This document shows positions 37,027 through 48,894 of a DNA stretch of 64,000 bases, piece by piece. Every line of letters begins with the position of its first letter. Position 1 is the stretch's first letter. The position numbers and the translations under genes are program-made. The notes beneath the pieces are model-generated. The model ran no database searches. It was not told the DNA's origin and was given only the letters and a program-made list of their open reading frames with translations. Origin of the DNA: Heterodontus francisci (Eukaryota); NCBI RefSeq assembly GCF_036365525.1, contig NC_090371.1, positions 41,865,200 through 41,929,199 on the forward strand, given 5' to 3'.

Positions 37027-37711
37027 TCATTTAAAGACTATATAAGTCTTCCTTCTAATATTGCTGAGGGTTTTGACTCCTGGGAAGATCGATCACAACA
37101 GGCAATCACAGTCTCTTTCCAAAGCTCAAGTGCTTATTACATTCTGTGACTAGTACGAGACATCCATTGTGTCTATTCAGCCATTTTGGGTTTATCAAAG
37201 CCATTAGTTTTCTCTTTTTAAAAGTAAAACGTCAATTTTTTTTTGTTGAAACACGACTTTTTTTTTCCACAAAAAGCAGCACTATACCTGCACCGACACC
37301 ACTGTAGTTAAACCTGTGTAGTTTAATGTAGAATGCCCTTTTTAAAAAAAAAATCCACATCCTTGTAGAAGTCAGCTTTTCTCACCATTTCAGAAGCTAC
37401 AGGTTGTAAAATATCCTCAACTGAGATGGATTTATAGAAAATCTCTTGCTCCAAAAGGTTTTGCAAACCCTAAAAACTGGCAACCTTGTGCAGCAAAGAA
37501 AGTTGCTGAACCCTCTACCACCTTCTGTGCACACACACGACGTGGACTACTTGCTGATGCTTTGCACAAAAGAAAACCCATCAAGCAGCCCAGAATAACC
37601 AATAGAATTTTTTTTTTTTTTTTAAATGGACACGAGTTATGCAAAGGTAATCCTCTACCACAACAAAAAGTATAAAAACAACCAGTCTCATCTAGAACAT
37701 TGTTGCAGCAT

Positions 37712-38047
37712 TCAGTTGTTTTCTATTTGTTCTAGATCCAGATCGCCACAGTCTAGCGGAAATATTCCTTCTTCAGTGCTTTCACAATCGCTTGTATCCT
37801 CCTCACTTTCACTCAGACTGACTTCTTTCCCATAATTCCTTGGATGGCATCCATCTGGGCTCTCAGTGACATGATACCTTGCAGAATCACAATCTTTGAC
37901 TGGACTGGAGCCTGGTGTGATGATGTTCATTAAAAGATCATTTGAGTCACATGGTGAGGACACAATAGTCTTCATATGGTGATCATCTTCATCCTCATCA
38001 TCATCTTCATAGTCAAGAGAGCAAAGGCTTTTTGAATTCTTTAATGT
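37712..38047 (-). CDS. FAM53A: FAM53A (family with sequence similarity 53 member A), last coding exon, 111 aa plus stop
   Basis: Acceptor TATTTTTATTTCAG (AG at 38049-38048), then phase-0 TLKNSKSLCSLDYEDDDEDEDDHHMKTIVSSPCDS...EEGIFPLDCGDLDLEQIENN*. TLKNSKSLCSL.YEDDDED, V.SSPCDS and LDLEQIENN match the FAM53A C-terminus as I recall it. Confidence 0.9.
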   Translation of the reverse strand, partial: TLKNSKSLCSLDYEDDDEDEDDHHMKTIVSSPCDSNDLLMNIITPGSSPVKDCDSARYHVTESPDGCHPRNYGKEVSLSESEEDTSDCESTEEGIFPLDCGDLDLEQIENN

Positions 38048-38113
38048 CTGAAATAAAAATACAGCTTGGTTAATAAACTGTTAAGGTTCTCTGAATTATC
38101 CACTTACAACTAC

Positions 38114-38945
38114 TGTCATGCGAGGCCCCACCTGCCAAGAATGAGGCACATTTTAATTTTGCCATGAACATTGATTTTAAACTGTTGCTGGAGCAAGGAA
38201 ATGACTTGTTAAATAGATCAGCTGTGGTTGGAAAAGATATCTGCATATTAACAGTGTTTAGAAGGGCAAAGGACCATTCCCTGACCCATTCAACCCACAA
38301 AGGACCTTGATCACCAGGTATTGTGCAAGAGGAGCAGTCCAGAGATGCGAAGGTGATACAATCCAGGACTGGTTGGAGCAGTGGGTCAGATGACTAACTG
38401 ACTGTTCCAGGGTCTTTTGAACTAGCTAGAGTTTGAGCAGAAAGACTGTTTGCTCCTGGACTGAAGATCTCGCCTATCTGCTCCCATCTTTCTCTGAATC
38501 CACTGAAGCCACATGAACCCCAATAGAGAAAAGTCTCCTACAGCAAACAAGGTTTAAGAATAATACTGGGCCCCAACGAAAGCAAGATCTACCTACAATC
38601 AAGGAATCTACAGTGAGCTCGAAGAACTGTAACTAAAGCTCTTCAGATATTGCCTCAAACTTTTCTTCTGCTTTTTTCACGTGTATATCGCATATGCATG
38701 CAAGCGTGGGTGCATCGTGTATCCGCAGGCGTCAACCGAATTTGAGTTGAAGTTCAAGTTAAATAAATTTCAACTTTTCTTCTTTAAACTTAATAAAACC
38801 TGTTTGTGCTGGTTTCTTTGCCTTATAATTGGAAAGCAGTGAACAAGGATTCACTTAGGGAAGCTTAAAATAAAACCCTGTTACACTAAGACCAGGTGAC
38901 GACTGAGAAGAAACCTATAGACACCTCTCTCATCTGGTCATAACA
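38114..38945 (+). mobile_element. Solo LTR (832 bp) with 4-bp TSD
   Basis: TG...CA ends (TGTCATG / CATAACA); CTAC duplicated at 38110-38113 and 38946-38949; AATAAA at about 38762. Confidence 0.92.
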
Positions 38946-39554
38946 CTACTCAATTTTCACATTAGAATTGCTTTTGGTAGGGCATGATTACAACTTAAGT
39001 CCCATTCTAGCAGCTCTTCAACAATCTTCATGAAGAGAGAGAAGAGGGAAAATAAAAAAAGCAAATGATGCATGGAAAGGGAAGCTAGAGATGTAAACGA
39101 AAGAGAAAGGAAAAGAATACATCGAATGGGCGAGATGAAAAGACTGAGGAGCATCCTCCTGCAGCACACAGACCAGCATACTTCCATTGGGCCAAATGGC
39201 CCATTTCTGTGCTGTAGAATTCTATGTAGAGAAAAATTTGCATAAAGCACCATTTCTCAAAGCCTAAATTACGTGCTCAAGTTGCTGGAATGGGGTTAGC
39301 ACTCTTGCCTCAGAGTCAGAAGTCATCACTGATGTCATCACAGACTGACATCTTTAGACGATACATGGAAGCAATGGTAACTTAAGTAAAGCAACTGATA
39401 AGGTCATTTCCTGTAGTTCACTTCTACACTACCAAAAATGCGCTTACGCAACTTTTATGGGAAAGTCTGAGAAAATCAGAATTTCTGAAATATTTTTTTT
39501 CCATGGGAATTTCATGTGAAAAATGGTAAAGCTTTTCAATTAACCAAATGCAGT

Positions 39555-40389
39555 ACAATAACTGGCATTTATACAGCACCTATAATGTAGAAAAACATTC
39601 CACTGTTGGAGAAAAATTGGATGACCAGCCAAAAGCAGGAAGTTAGGAATGGTAACCAAAAGCTTGGCCAAAGAGGTGGGTTTAAGGAGGAACTTACAAA
39701 AAAAAAGGTGAAGAGGTGCAAGGAGAACCCAGAGCAGGAGGCCTAGTTGGCTGCAGGAACAACTGCCAATGGTGTGAAGGGAGGGACAAATCACAAGAGG
39801 CCAAAAACAGGAAGAATGAATTTTTGGGGGAAGTGGTTTATAGCACTGAAAATGCTCTGGAGAGAGAAACAAGGTTAACATTGCAGGTCATGATTCTCTG
39901 TTCCTCTCTCCAAAGATGCTACCTAACTTGCTGTGTATTTCCACCATTTTCTGCTTTTAATTAGGAAAAGTCCAGCCTTAGAGGGATTTAAAAATGACTT
40001 TTAAATTTGAGGCACTGTGGAACGGAGTCATTGTAGGGTGAACAAACACAGACTGAGTGGGACTTAGTGTGAGGTAAGATTGAGCAGAGATTTGAATGAG
40101 CTCAAGTTTATGGAAGATGGAAGGCCAGCATTGAAATAGCAGAGTCTGGAGGTGACAAAGTATGGATAAGGGGTTCAGCAGCAGATGGACTGGAGGAAGC
40201 AGATGGCTTTTGTGATAGAAAGGATACGAGGTTGGAAGCTCAGCTTGGTGTCAAATACAATGCTAAGATCGGGAACAGTCTGGTTCTGCCTGAAACGGGC
40301 TGAAGAGGGAGGGGAAGCGTCAGTGGCAGGGGTAGTGCTGAGACTGAAGATGGTGACTTTGCTCTTAATGATTTGCTGGAGGAAATTGT
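39555..40389 (-). mobile_element. Decayed L2-type LINE, interrupted by a Penelope-like hairpin (about 39845-39962); small continuation at 41043-41070
   Basis: ORF 40175-40426 (NFLQ....KVTIF, NQTVPDLSIVFDTKLSFQPRILSITKA) resembles 4135-4330; L2 tail at about 39560-39700. Confidence 0.75.
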
Positions 40390-41042
40390 GGGCTGATTTT
40401 TGTGAAGATGGGGGTCCCAGCAGCAAGTTGGAAGCTGGGGAGAGACCATGACAGCCTTCCGTCAGACCCCCAGTGCAGTTTCACTCTGGGCAGGCAATTA
40501 ACTGCCCATCGGGGACACCTTCCCTTCAAGAGACTAACTCCCACCTAGAGAGCTGCTGGCCAATCGGAGGGTCAGCAATGCCACTGAGAGTAGTGGTGAC
40601 TGCCAGTACTGCAGAAGGCCCTGCAGCAGCCAAGAATTCAGAGACCCCAGGAGGGGCAAGTGGGGTCGGGGTTGCCAGGCAGGCCCCAGCAATGGGGTGG
40701 TGGCCATCACTGCCAGGGCCCTGGATTGTCCCCGAAGGAGGTACCTCCACAGACCCTGCAAGGAGGCCGCCAGGTTTTACCTGGTGGCAGCAGGCCCCTC
40801 CGCCTTCTAACAAATTGAGGCGGATGCGGGAAGAAGCCTCTAAGTGGCCACCAATTTGTCACCTAACAGCCTCAATTGGCCTGGGCAGGAAGGCCATTCT
40901 CTACCTTCCCTATCCCAGACTAAATTGGATATCGTCAGGAACGCAACGGGCACTCCACCCCCCGCCTTCCAGTGCAATTTTATATGAGCCCCCCACCCCC
41001 CACTTCCTTTCTCGTGCCAAGGGGGCCCATAACATTCAGCCG
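40390..41042. mobile_element. GC-rich non-autonomous DNA transposon (MITE-like)
   Basis: Imperfect terminal inverted repeats GGGCTGATTTTT (40390) and AACATTCAGCCC (41031-41042). It interrupts the L2 sequence, which resumes at CTCATCCAAGACTGGA. Confidence 0.6.
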
Positions 41043-41997
41043 TGTCTCATCCAAGACTGGACGTCAAACAGTTTCCATGGCCTTGCTCACATCTCTAACC
41101 TACCTCACACTACAGTAACTCCTCCAAACTTCACATTCATTAGACACTGGCCTCAAGAATTATCCCCTCCTGTGTGCATTCCCTGCATTTCCCCCACCCT
41201 TCCAAACAAATCAACACACCAAGCTCTTGAATTCCCTTTCTGCTTAGTTGTAAACACAAAAACTGCTTTAGAGGGCATAGCTAAGGTATTACTTGGCATC
41301 TGTCTTAACCAAGGAAGAAGATGCAACCCAGGCAATGTTGAAAGAGGAGATAAGTCAGACTAGAGGGGTTTAAAATTGAAGAGGAAGTATTAGATAGGCT
41401 GTCTATGCTTAAAGTGGATAAGACACCAGATGAGATGCATCCAAGGATACTGAGGGAAGAGAGGGTGGAAATTGCAGAGACACTGGTCATAATTTTTCAG
41501 TCTTCCTTAGACTCGGGGGGTAGTGTCAGAGGACTGGAGAATTGCAAACGTTACACATTTGTTCAAAAAAAGGGTGTGAAGATAAGGCCAGCAACTACAG
41601 GCCAGTCAGTTTAACTTCATTGGTGGGAAAACTACTCGAAAAGTAATTTGGGACAAAATCAATAGTCACATGGACAAATGCGAGGTAATTAAGGAAATCC
41701 ATGCTGGCCTTCCTTAAGGGAAAAGCATGTTTAACTAACTTGGAGTTTTTTGAGGTGGTAACAGAGGGTTGATGAGGGAAATGCTGTTGATGTGGTGTAC
41801 ATGGACTTTCAAAAGGCATTTGATACAGTGCCACACAACACACTTGTGAGCAAACTTGTAGCTCATGGAATAAAAGGGACGGTAGCAACATGGATATGAA
41901 ATTGGCTGAGTGACAGGAAACAAAGTAATGGTTAATGGATGTTTTTCGGACTGGAGGAAAGTCTGTAGTGAAGTTCTGCAGGGATCAGTGTTAGGAC

Positions 41998-42148
41998 AAT
42001 TATTAATTAAAAAAAACAAAGTGCTGGAAATACTCAGCAGGAAATACTCAACTCTGCTTCTCTCTCCACAGATGCTGCCAGACCTGCTGAGTATTTCAGG
42101 CACTTTGTTTTTAATTCAGATTTCCAGCACCTGCAGTATTTTGCTTCC
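41998..42148. mobile_element. Penelope-derived hairpin mini-element with 14-bp TSD
   Basis: Inverted arms AAAAACAAAGTGCTGGAAATACTCAGCAGG / CCTGCTGAGTATTTCAGGCACTTTGTTTTT; ATCAGTGTTRGGAC at 41984-41997 and 42149-42162. Confidence 0.8.
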
Positions 42149-42830
42149 ATCAGTGTTGGGACCCTAGCTTTTCCCGATATATTAATGACCTAGACCTTGG
42201 TGTACAGGGCACAATTTCAAAGTTGACAGATGATACAAAAAACTTGGAACCATTGTGCACTGGGGAGGATAGTGTAGAACTTCAAAAGGACAGACAGGTT
42301 GGTGGAATGGGCAGACAGTTGGCAGATGAATTTCAATGCAGAGAAATGTGAAGTGATGCATTTTGGTAGGATGAAAAGAGAGACAATATAGAATAAAGGG
42401 TACAATTCTAAAGGGGGTGTAGGAGCAGAGGGGCCTAGGTGTATATGTGCACCTGAAGGTGGCAGGACAGGTTTAGTCATTAATAAAGCAAACAGTATCT
42501 TGGACTTCATTAATAGGGGCAAAGAGGACAACAAGGAAGTTATGTTGAACTTGTATAAGGCACTAGTTCAGCCTCAGCTGGGAGTACTGCGTCCAGTTCT
42601 GGGCGCCACACTGTAGGAAAGACGTGAGGGCATTGGAGAGAGTACAGAAAAGATTCAAGAGAGGGATGAGGAATTTCAGTTATGAAGATAGATTGGAGAA
42701 GTTAGGACTGTTTTCCTTGAAAAGACGGCGAGCTAATTTGATAGAGGTGTTGAAAATCATGAGGGGTCTGGACAGAGTAGATAGAAACTGTTTCCACTCG
42801 TGAAAAGGATCGAAAATGAGACGAGACAAA

Positions 42831-43224
42831 TTTTTAAAAAAAATTCATTAATGGGATGTGGGCATCGCTGGCCAGGCCAACTTTTATTGCCCTTGAGAAG
42901 GTGGCAGTGAGCTGCCAACTGAGTGGCTTGCTAGGCCATTTCAGAGGGCATATAAGAGTCAACCACATTGCTGTGGGTCTGGAGTCACATGTAGGCCAGA
43001 CCAGGTAAGGACAGCAGATTTCCTTCCCTAAAGGACATTAGGGAACCAGATGGGTTTTTACAACAATCAACAATGGTTTCATGGCCATCATTAGAATAGC
43101 TTTTTTTTTTTAAATCCCAGATTTACTAATTGAATTCAAATTCCACCTTCTGCTGTGGTGGGATTTGAACCCATGTCCCCAGAGCAATACCCTGGGTCCA
43201 GTGATAATACCACTACGCCACCGC
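42831..43224 (-). mobile_element. tRNA-headed SINE made of the 5' (about 310 nt) and 3' (about 85 nt) ends of the 10705-13903 LINE
   Basis: 43224-42917 aligns to 13903-13594 and 42916-42843 aligns to 10806-10719. A box TGGCGTAGTGG, B box GGTTCAAATCC. Confidence 0.92.
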
Positions 43225-43784
43225 AAGTACTTGAAGATTTAAAGTATTTGGTAAGAGAAGCAAAAGTGACATGAGGAAAAACTTTTTCACGTAGCGAGTG
43301 GTTAAGGTCTGGAATGCACTGCCTGAGAACATGGTGGAGGCATGTTCAATTGAAGCATTCAAAACGGGAATTAGACAGTTAGATGAAAAGGAAGAATGTG
43401 CAGGGTCACGGGGAGAAGGCGGGGCAATGGAAGTAAGGGAATTGCTTTTTCGGAGAGCTAATGTGGACATGGGGCGAATGGCCTCCTTCTACACTAACAA
43501 TTCTGTGAAATGGTCAAAAGCAACCACCTGTAGTCAGCAGAATGCATTATCTATAAACCACTTACATAGGGAACTTATATAATGTTTAAAATTTATCTAT
43601 ATTGCAATTCAAACACTTGCTACTATCCTGTGTATTAAAACTGTTACTATTAAGTCATGGCTTCCCATCTATTAGTACAAAGCTGAATTTACTGGGAAGA
43701 ACCATCAATCTTGGGTCCCTGGTGGCAGAATTACCATTAATACCCTAACATAACTGTACATCACTTAATGCGATTTCACTTTTG

Positions 43785-44128
43785 TGAAGTCTCAAATTTA
43801 CAATTCTCATCGTCTTATTCAAATCCCTTCATGGCCTCACCTCTCCCCATCTCGACAATCCACTGAACTCTGCTCTTCTAATTCTGGCCTTTTGCACATC
43901 TCCAATTTTCATCAACGAAAGCCATAGCAGCTGTACCTTCAGCTGTCCAGACCTTAAGCTGTGGAATTCCCTCCCTAAACCTCTGCCTCTCCTCCTTTAA
44001 GAGGCTCCTAATAGCCTACCTCTTCCCTGTCCTGGTACCTCATGCGGCTCTGTCAAATTTTGTCGAACACTTGAGGCGTCTTGGGCTATTTTATGCAATA
44101 ATAGCGCTATCTAAATGCAAGTTATTGA
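43785..44128 (+). mobile_element. L2-type LINE 3' end
   Basis: F.IL...FKSLHGL.S, AAGCTGTGGAATTCCCTCCCTAAACC, and tail GCGCTATCTAAATGCAAGTT. Confidence 0.75.
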
Positions 44129-45399
44129 TGGAACAAAAACAGCAAACTCCCTGGCCAAGTCGTAAAGGATCCTGTGTGGAAAAAGAACATGCCTCACAAG
44201 AATCATACTGGTGCTAAACCTCAATGATGCTTCAGTTCCTCCACACGTATAATCAATAAAACAGACTGCACACTTAATGAGCTCTTTGCTCTCCAAATTT
44301 ACTGCAAGGCTTCATCTCTCAAATCAACCAAAACATTTTTGGTTGAAAAAAATTGTTCCAAGAAAACAATTTAGTAAATATATAAAAAAAAACTGGAAAA
44401 AAATCATTTTGGTTAAGAGAATGGAGTGATCATTTTCAAAGATTTTCTACACCATCTTTGATAAAATTATTTTTGTATGCTTTTCAATGTTTCTCCAGAA
44501 AGACGTGGCATTAACAGATCAGTGTTTGCCCTGGAATTTACAGCAGTATTGGAACAACGTATTTAATTCTGCATGACCTTCGTCCTAGTCGGACAAGCAA
44601 ACCGAACTGGCATCAGATTTTGACATTAAAGGGGGCTTCGTGCACCAGGCAGAGAGCGACTAAACCCAGAAGAACCACACATTATTTCACACAAATATCA
44701 ATGAGATAATACTTTCACGATAGATTGATGGAAATCATCTTTATTGACATAAAAGATGGTGTTCTGTTTCAAGACCCAGAAGATTGGCAGAGGCTGAAGG
44801 TTTTCATCATAAGTACTGCAGTTACAAATATTTTTAACCACCCTTTTCGGATTATATCTGACAGCAAGCTTGAAACTGATCAAATGCAGAGATATGGAAG
44901 ATTAAATGACTCAAATCATATTTTAAGATCCCCAATGCTTTTCACACTATTGAAAAACAAGTTGGGGCTATTTCTTATCTCCCATCAACACAGCTGCTGT
45001 TAATGCAAATTGTATGGCAGTGTTACATCAGTAAAATATAAAGAGATTCCTGCTTCATTTATTTACATTACTGTGGAACATTACCTCAAAGCATCTGGTC
45101 TGCATTTGCAAACCTGAGAGAACCCTAGGAAAATACACAAGAGGCCCATTTTCTAAAGTTAGCTCTTAGTGACAATAGTTTAAATATAGCAGTCAATTAG
45201 CCACCTCTACATGAAAAAAAATCACACGCCTCTGCATTTTAAAAATACATTTCGGTTGAGAATTTCCCCATCGCATTTGCTACTGGGCTACTTTTGTGGT
45301 TAAAATAGAATTCACAACAATGGAATACATAAAGCAGCTCATTTCCTTTTCATGAACTTACCTACAAATGGAGCAATAATAAATTTAGATGAGGCATAA

Positions 45400-45938
45400 A
45401 ATGGGCCAAAGTACAGCATGCAGTTTTAAATACCTTGTTACAAAAAAGGCATTAAAGCCAATAAAGATTCACCAGGGTGATACCTGGCACGAGAAACATT
45501 AAAAACTTGAGATACTGTGACTTTTGCCATGAAGATAAAATGGACTTTGAGATTTAATAGAAGTTTTTAAAATTAAGGCTTTAACAGACTGAACGAGAGG
45601 CACCATTTCCTCTGGTTGGGATAACAGAAGGTCATCAATTTAAAATTGTCACAGGTCATGGGCAGAGGAGAGTTTTTAAAAAAAATAAAAAGCGAGGAAC
45701 TGTTTAAAATTCAAAATAATCAAATTTGCCATAGGGAGCAGTTGAGGCAAAGTCCATTGCATCTCAAGAGATCAGTAGATAAACTTTTGAAACCGGACGA
45801 TTAGGAAATGGGGGGGCGGGTGGAAAAAAAGAGAGCAAACACGCAGTTGGATTAGTTCAAGCCTTCTCTAGTAAACTCTGGCACAGATATGATGGACTAA
45901 ATGGTCATCTTCTGCACTGTAATGTGCTACAGTTCTAA
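45400..45938 (+). mobile_element. Very old CR1 3' fragment
   Basis: AGATTCACCAGGGTGATACC, GAGATTTAATAGAAGTTTTTAAAAT, and tail GGCACAGATATGATGGACTAAATGGTC. Confidence 0.6.
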
Positions 45939-48894
45939 CTCAGTTAGAATTCAGATATCTCAAGCTTCAATATTTTACACTATCTCTATAGTGTATAATA
46001 TTGGGCCTGGAAATCGAGAAACCACAGCTAAGCAATACCATTTTCAAGACATGTTACAGTCAATGAGCAGAAGCTGAAGCCAATCAATAAACTCCTGCCC
46101 ATTTTAGCTTCAAAACAATTTAGAGCAGTACAGAAAAGCAGGTTTCATGTTCCTACTGCCAGAATGCTACAACTTAGTCAATCTTTAAATGATTAAAAGT
46201 CATAAGCATAAAACTGAGGTAAATAGTTTCTCTAGGAAATTGAAGGCCCTTAATGTTCTTTTCATATTAATACCAACACATCAACTTGAGACAACATCCT
46301 GTAAGAATAAATTTGGTAAGGTGGTTACTGGTGTCAGCATTACTAGACCTTTAATGTGGTTAAGTTGCACTTAGCAGTCTTAACTGTATCCTTTGGACAG
46401 TTATTTTATAATTCAACATCTAAAATTCAGCAACTAAAAGTACACAATCAGCAGTGAGATGTGTATAGAGGATCTCACCACAAGGGAGCCGGATCAGAAA
46501 TGTTAACATTCAGAGGAAATAAAAAATTCACTGCATCTTACTGTCAACTAAGATCTGTCCTTTATATATACACAACCCATCCTGTAAAAATTTAAAATAG
46601 CATTTTAAAATAAGTCTAAGTCTCTAATCATAACTCCACACTTGGGTTAAGAGATGCAAAAACAAAAAGTGCAAGCTTAAGTTAAAGCATAGGCAAGACA
46701 TTTAAAAAAAAAACAAAAATGTGATAAAATGGCAAGCTTTAAATGCATACAAATAGTCATTTGTTATAACAATGGTGATCTACTATACTTGCTCCAAAAC
46801 AAGTTTCCAAACCAAAGTTTACCCTTAATGTAACTGCAGGTTTAATAACTTGTCAACTCATCTGTTTATAAATTAATGAAACTTCTCTTTTTCAAACTTG
46901 GTTGTCCCACCCAATGAGACCATACAAATCTTCTTCCACTTGACCCAGAGTAGAACCTGTTCCTGTCCTTACCAGCTAATGACTCTGGAACACTCCCATC
47001 ACACCCTGCACATAAGCAGATAACTCAATTTCTCAGCCAGATCACAAATCGCCACACCCACTGTGAGGAGGACTCATCACTTGCTGTTTCACTGATTTAG
47101 GCACTCAGACACAGTCATCTGCACATTTTTGTGTTAAGCACAGACCTGCACTTAGTTTTTTCTTTTATACAAAAGACATGTTTATAAAACCACCACCTCC
47201 GGAACCTCTGAACACATTACAGATAAACAATGGCTCTCGGGCACAGATGCAATGCTGCTGTTGCATTGAATTTTATAAAAAACCTTTCATACTGCCTTTG
47301 TACAAATCATGTTTAAAAGACTTGAATAATACGGTCCGTCTTCCTCCTACCCCACCAGGATATTTAGAGTAGCTGTGGAACTCAATTCCAACCCACTTTT
47401 TCTTTTTATATTAAAAAAAGGTGGAGCCCCAGAGATAGGACAAAGGTTGATCAAAAGCTATTACAGCATTCCTTGTGCAAAGGCTAGAGCAAACAATTAA
47501 CATGAAGGTTTATGCACGGTGCACTGATGTGGCCCCATACAGTGCAAAAATCCCTTAAAGTCATTGACTACAGCCATTACCCAAAATCTGGAAGCATTTT
47601 ACTTATGAAAACAAGAGACAGCAACACTAAGAATAAAATGTGCTATAGGGCTGGAATGTATTAATTTGAATGAAGGAGGCATAGTAAGAGATACAGAACT
47701 CCATGTGCGACTGCTAACTGTTAGAATGGAAATGATAACTGCAGTGAGATTGGGACAGCGTGGGTGAGTGTGTGTGGCAGAGTAACCACCACCAGGATAG
47801 AAAGAAATCAGTGGACTGAACCAAGTGTAAAACATTTGTTACAGGATGCAATTAAAAAAAAACTACTTTGTTTGACATTATTTCCTTTCCACAATGCCAT
47901 CATTTAGACAACCTACTGCCAAAGATTGAGGAAACTATGAATACGGAAGATTACTTCATTAAAGCCCACTTCAGGCCTAATTTCACATGGTGAACCCATG
48001 GTGTTCCAAAAGCAGCAAAACACAAGCAGCTCTCACTGCCTTAGTAGTGCTCTGTCATTGCCCCAAATGCCTCTAGCCTCTATTCACAATTAAGTACCCC
48101 AGCCTGTTATCTGCTATCACAGGACAAAGCACTGGTTTGTTTGCAGCTCAGTCTTGACTGTTGATCATCATTTCCAGGGCCCTGCCTACTGCTATCGTTT
48201 TTCCTTCTTCCCAAGCCTGTTGGAATTTGAACTTTAAATGGATGCTGTTCTCAGGAACAAAAGATAAAAAGACTCTTTGATTGTTCATGCATTGCTCAAA
48301 TTGAAAAGGCCAAGATCCATCTTCAGCTTAGCCTGGCTAGAACTTATCCATTAGTTCCCATTCTAAAGAAAGGCTTTTGCCTACAGCGACATTATGCACT
48401 TCCATTCAGAAAAAAATCCTCAGGTTTAACCGTGTTTTCTCTGAATGGAGGGGGTTTATGTTGGCACACAGACAACTTTCAAACTTAACTATGTACACAT
48501 ACATATGTATGCTGAGGGACAGTCCATTCCTGTTCTGGTATCTCTCTCACACTCATTTGGAACTCAGTAAATATTAGTATCTTTGATTTCTTTCACAACT
48601 GCTAGCATACTTTTAACTGGAATGGGAGAGATTTCTTTTGCCAAGTTGGTCACTTCATGCACCTGAGGCCACCTCAAATAGGATTTCAAAATTTGAGTTT
48701 GTGTTGATATCAGTCCCTTTAGTATTCTAAAAAAAACCCTTTCAGACTTAAAATTTAAGAGTGCAGAAATGACCATCCAGAAAGAGATGATAGTAATTTA
48801 AGCTGCAAGTGTGAAAGCCATATTTCTATTAAAACAGAAATGAATGAATTGGGATACTTTGGACTTTGAATTGTCATTTATGCGGTAGAAATAA

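Larger units (their letters stand above)
41320..43510 (+). mobile_element. Decayed CR1 LINE ORF2 3' part, with insertions at 41998-42148 and 42831-43224
   Basis: LKVDK.P..MHPRILRE, NYRPVSLTS, YMDFQKAFD.VPH, WNALP, then the tail. Confidence 0.9.

Noticed and set aside
25950-38945. The two related LTRs as ends of a single 13 kb provirus capturing the FAM53A exon
   Set aside because: The 38114-38945 LTR has its own CTAC TSD on both sides, the two LTRs differ substantially, and there is no PBS, gag or pol between them.
40473-41363. 296-aa ORF as a host gene
   Set aside because: GTG start, low-complexity P/G/A/S composition, no recognisable domain, and it spans a GC-rich TIR element, an L2 remnant and a CR1 edge.
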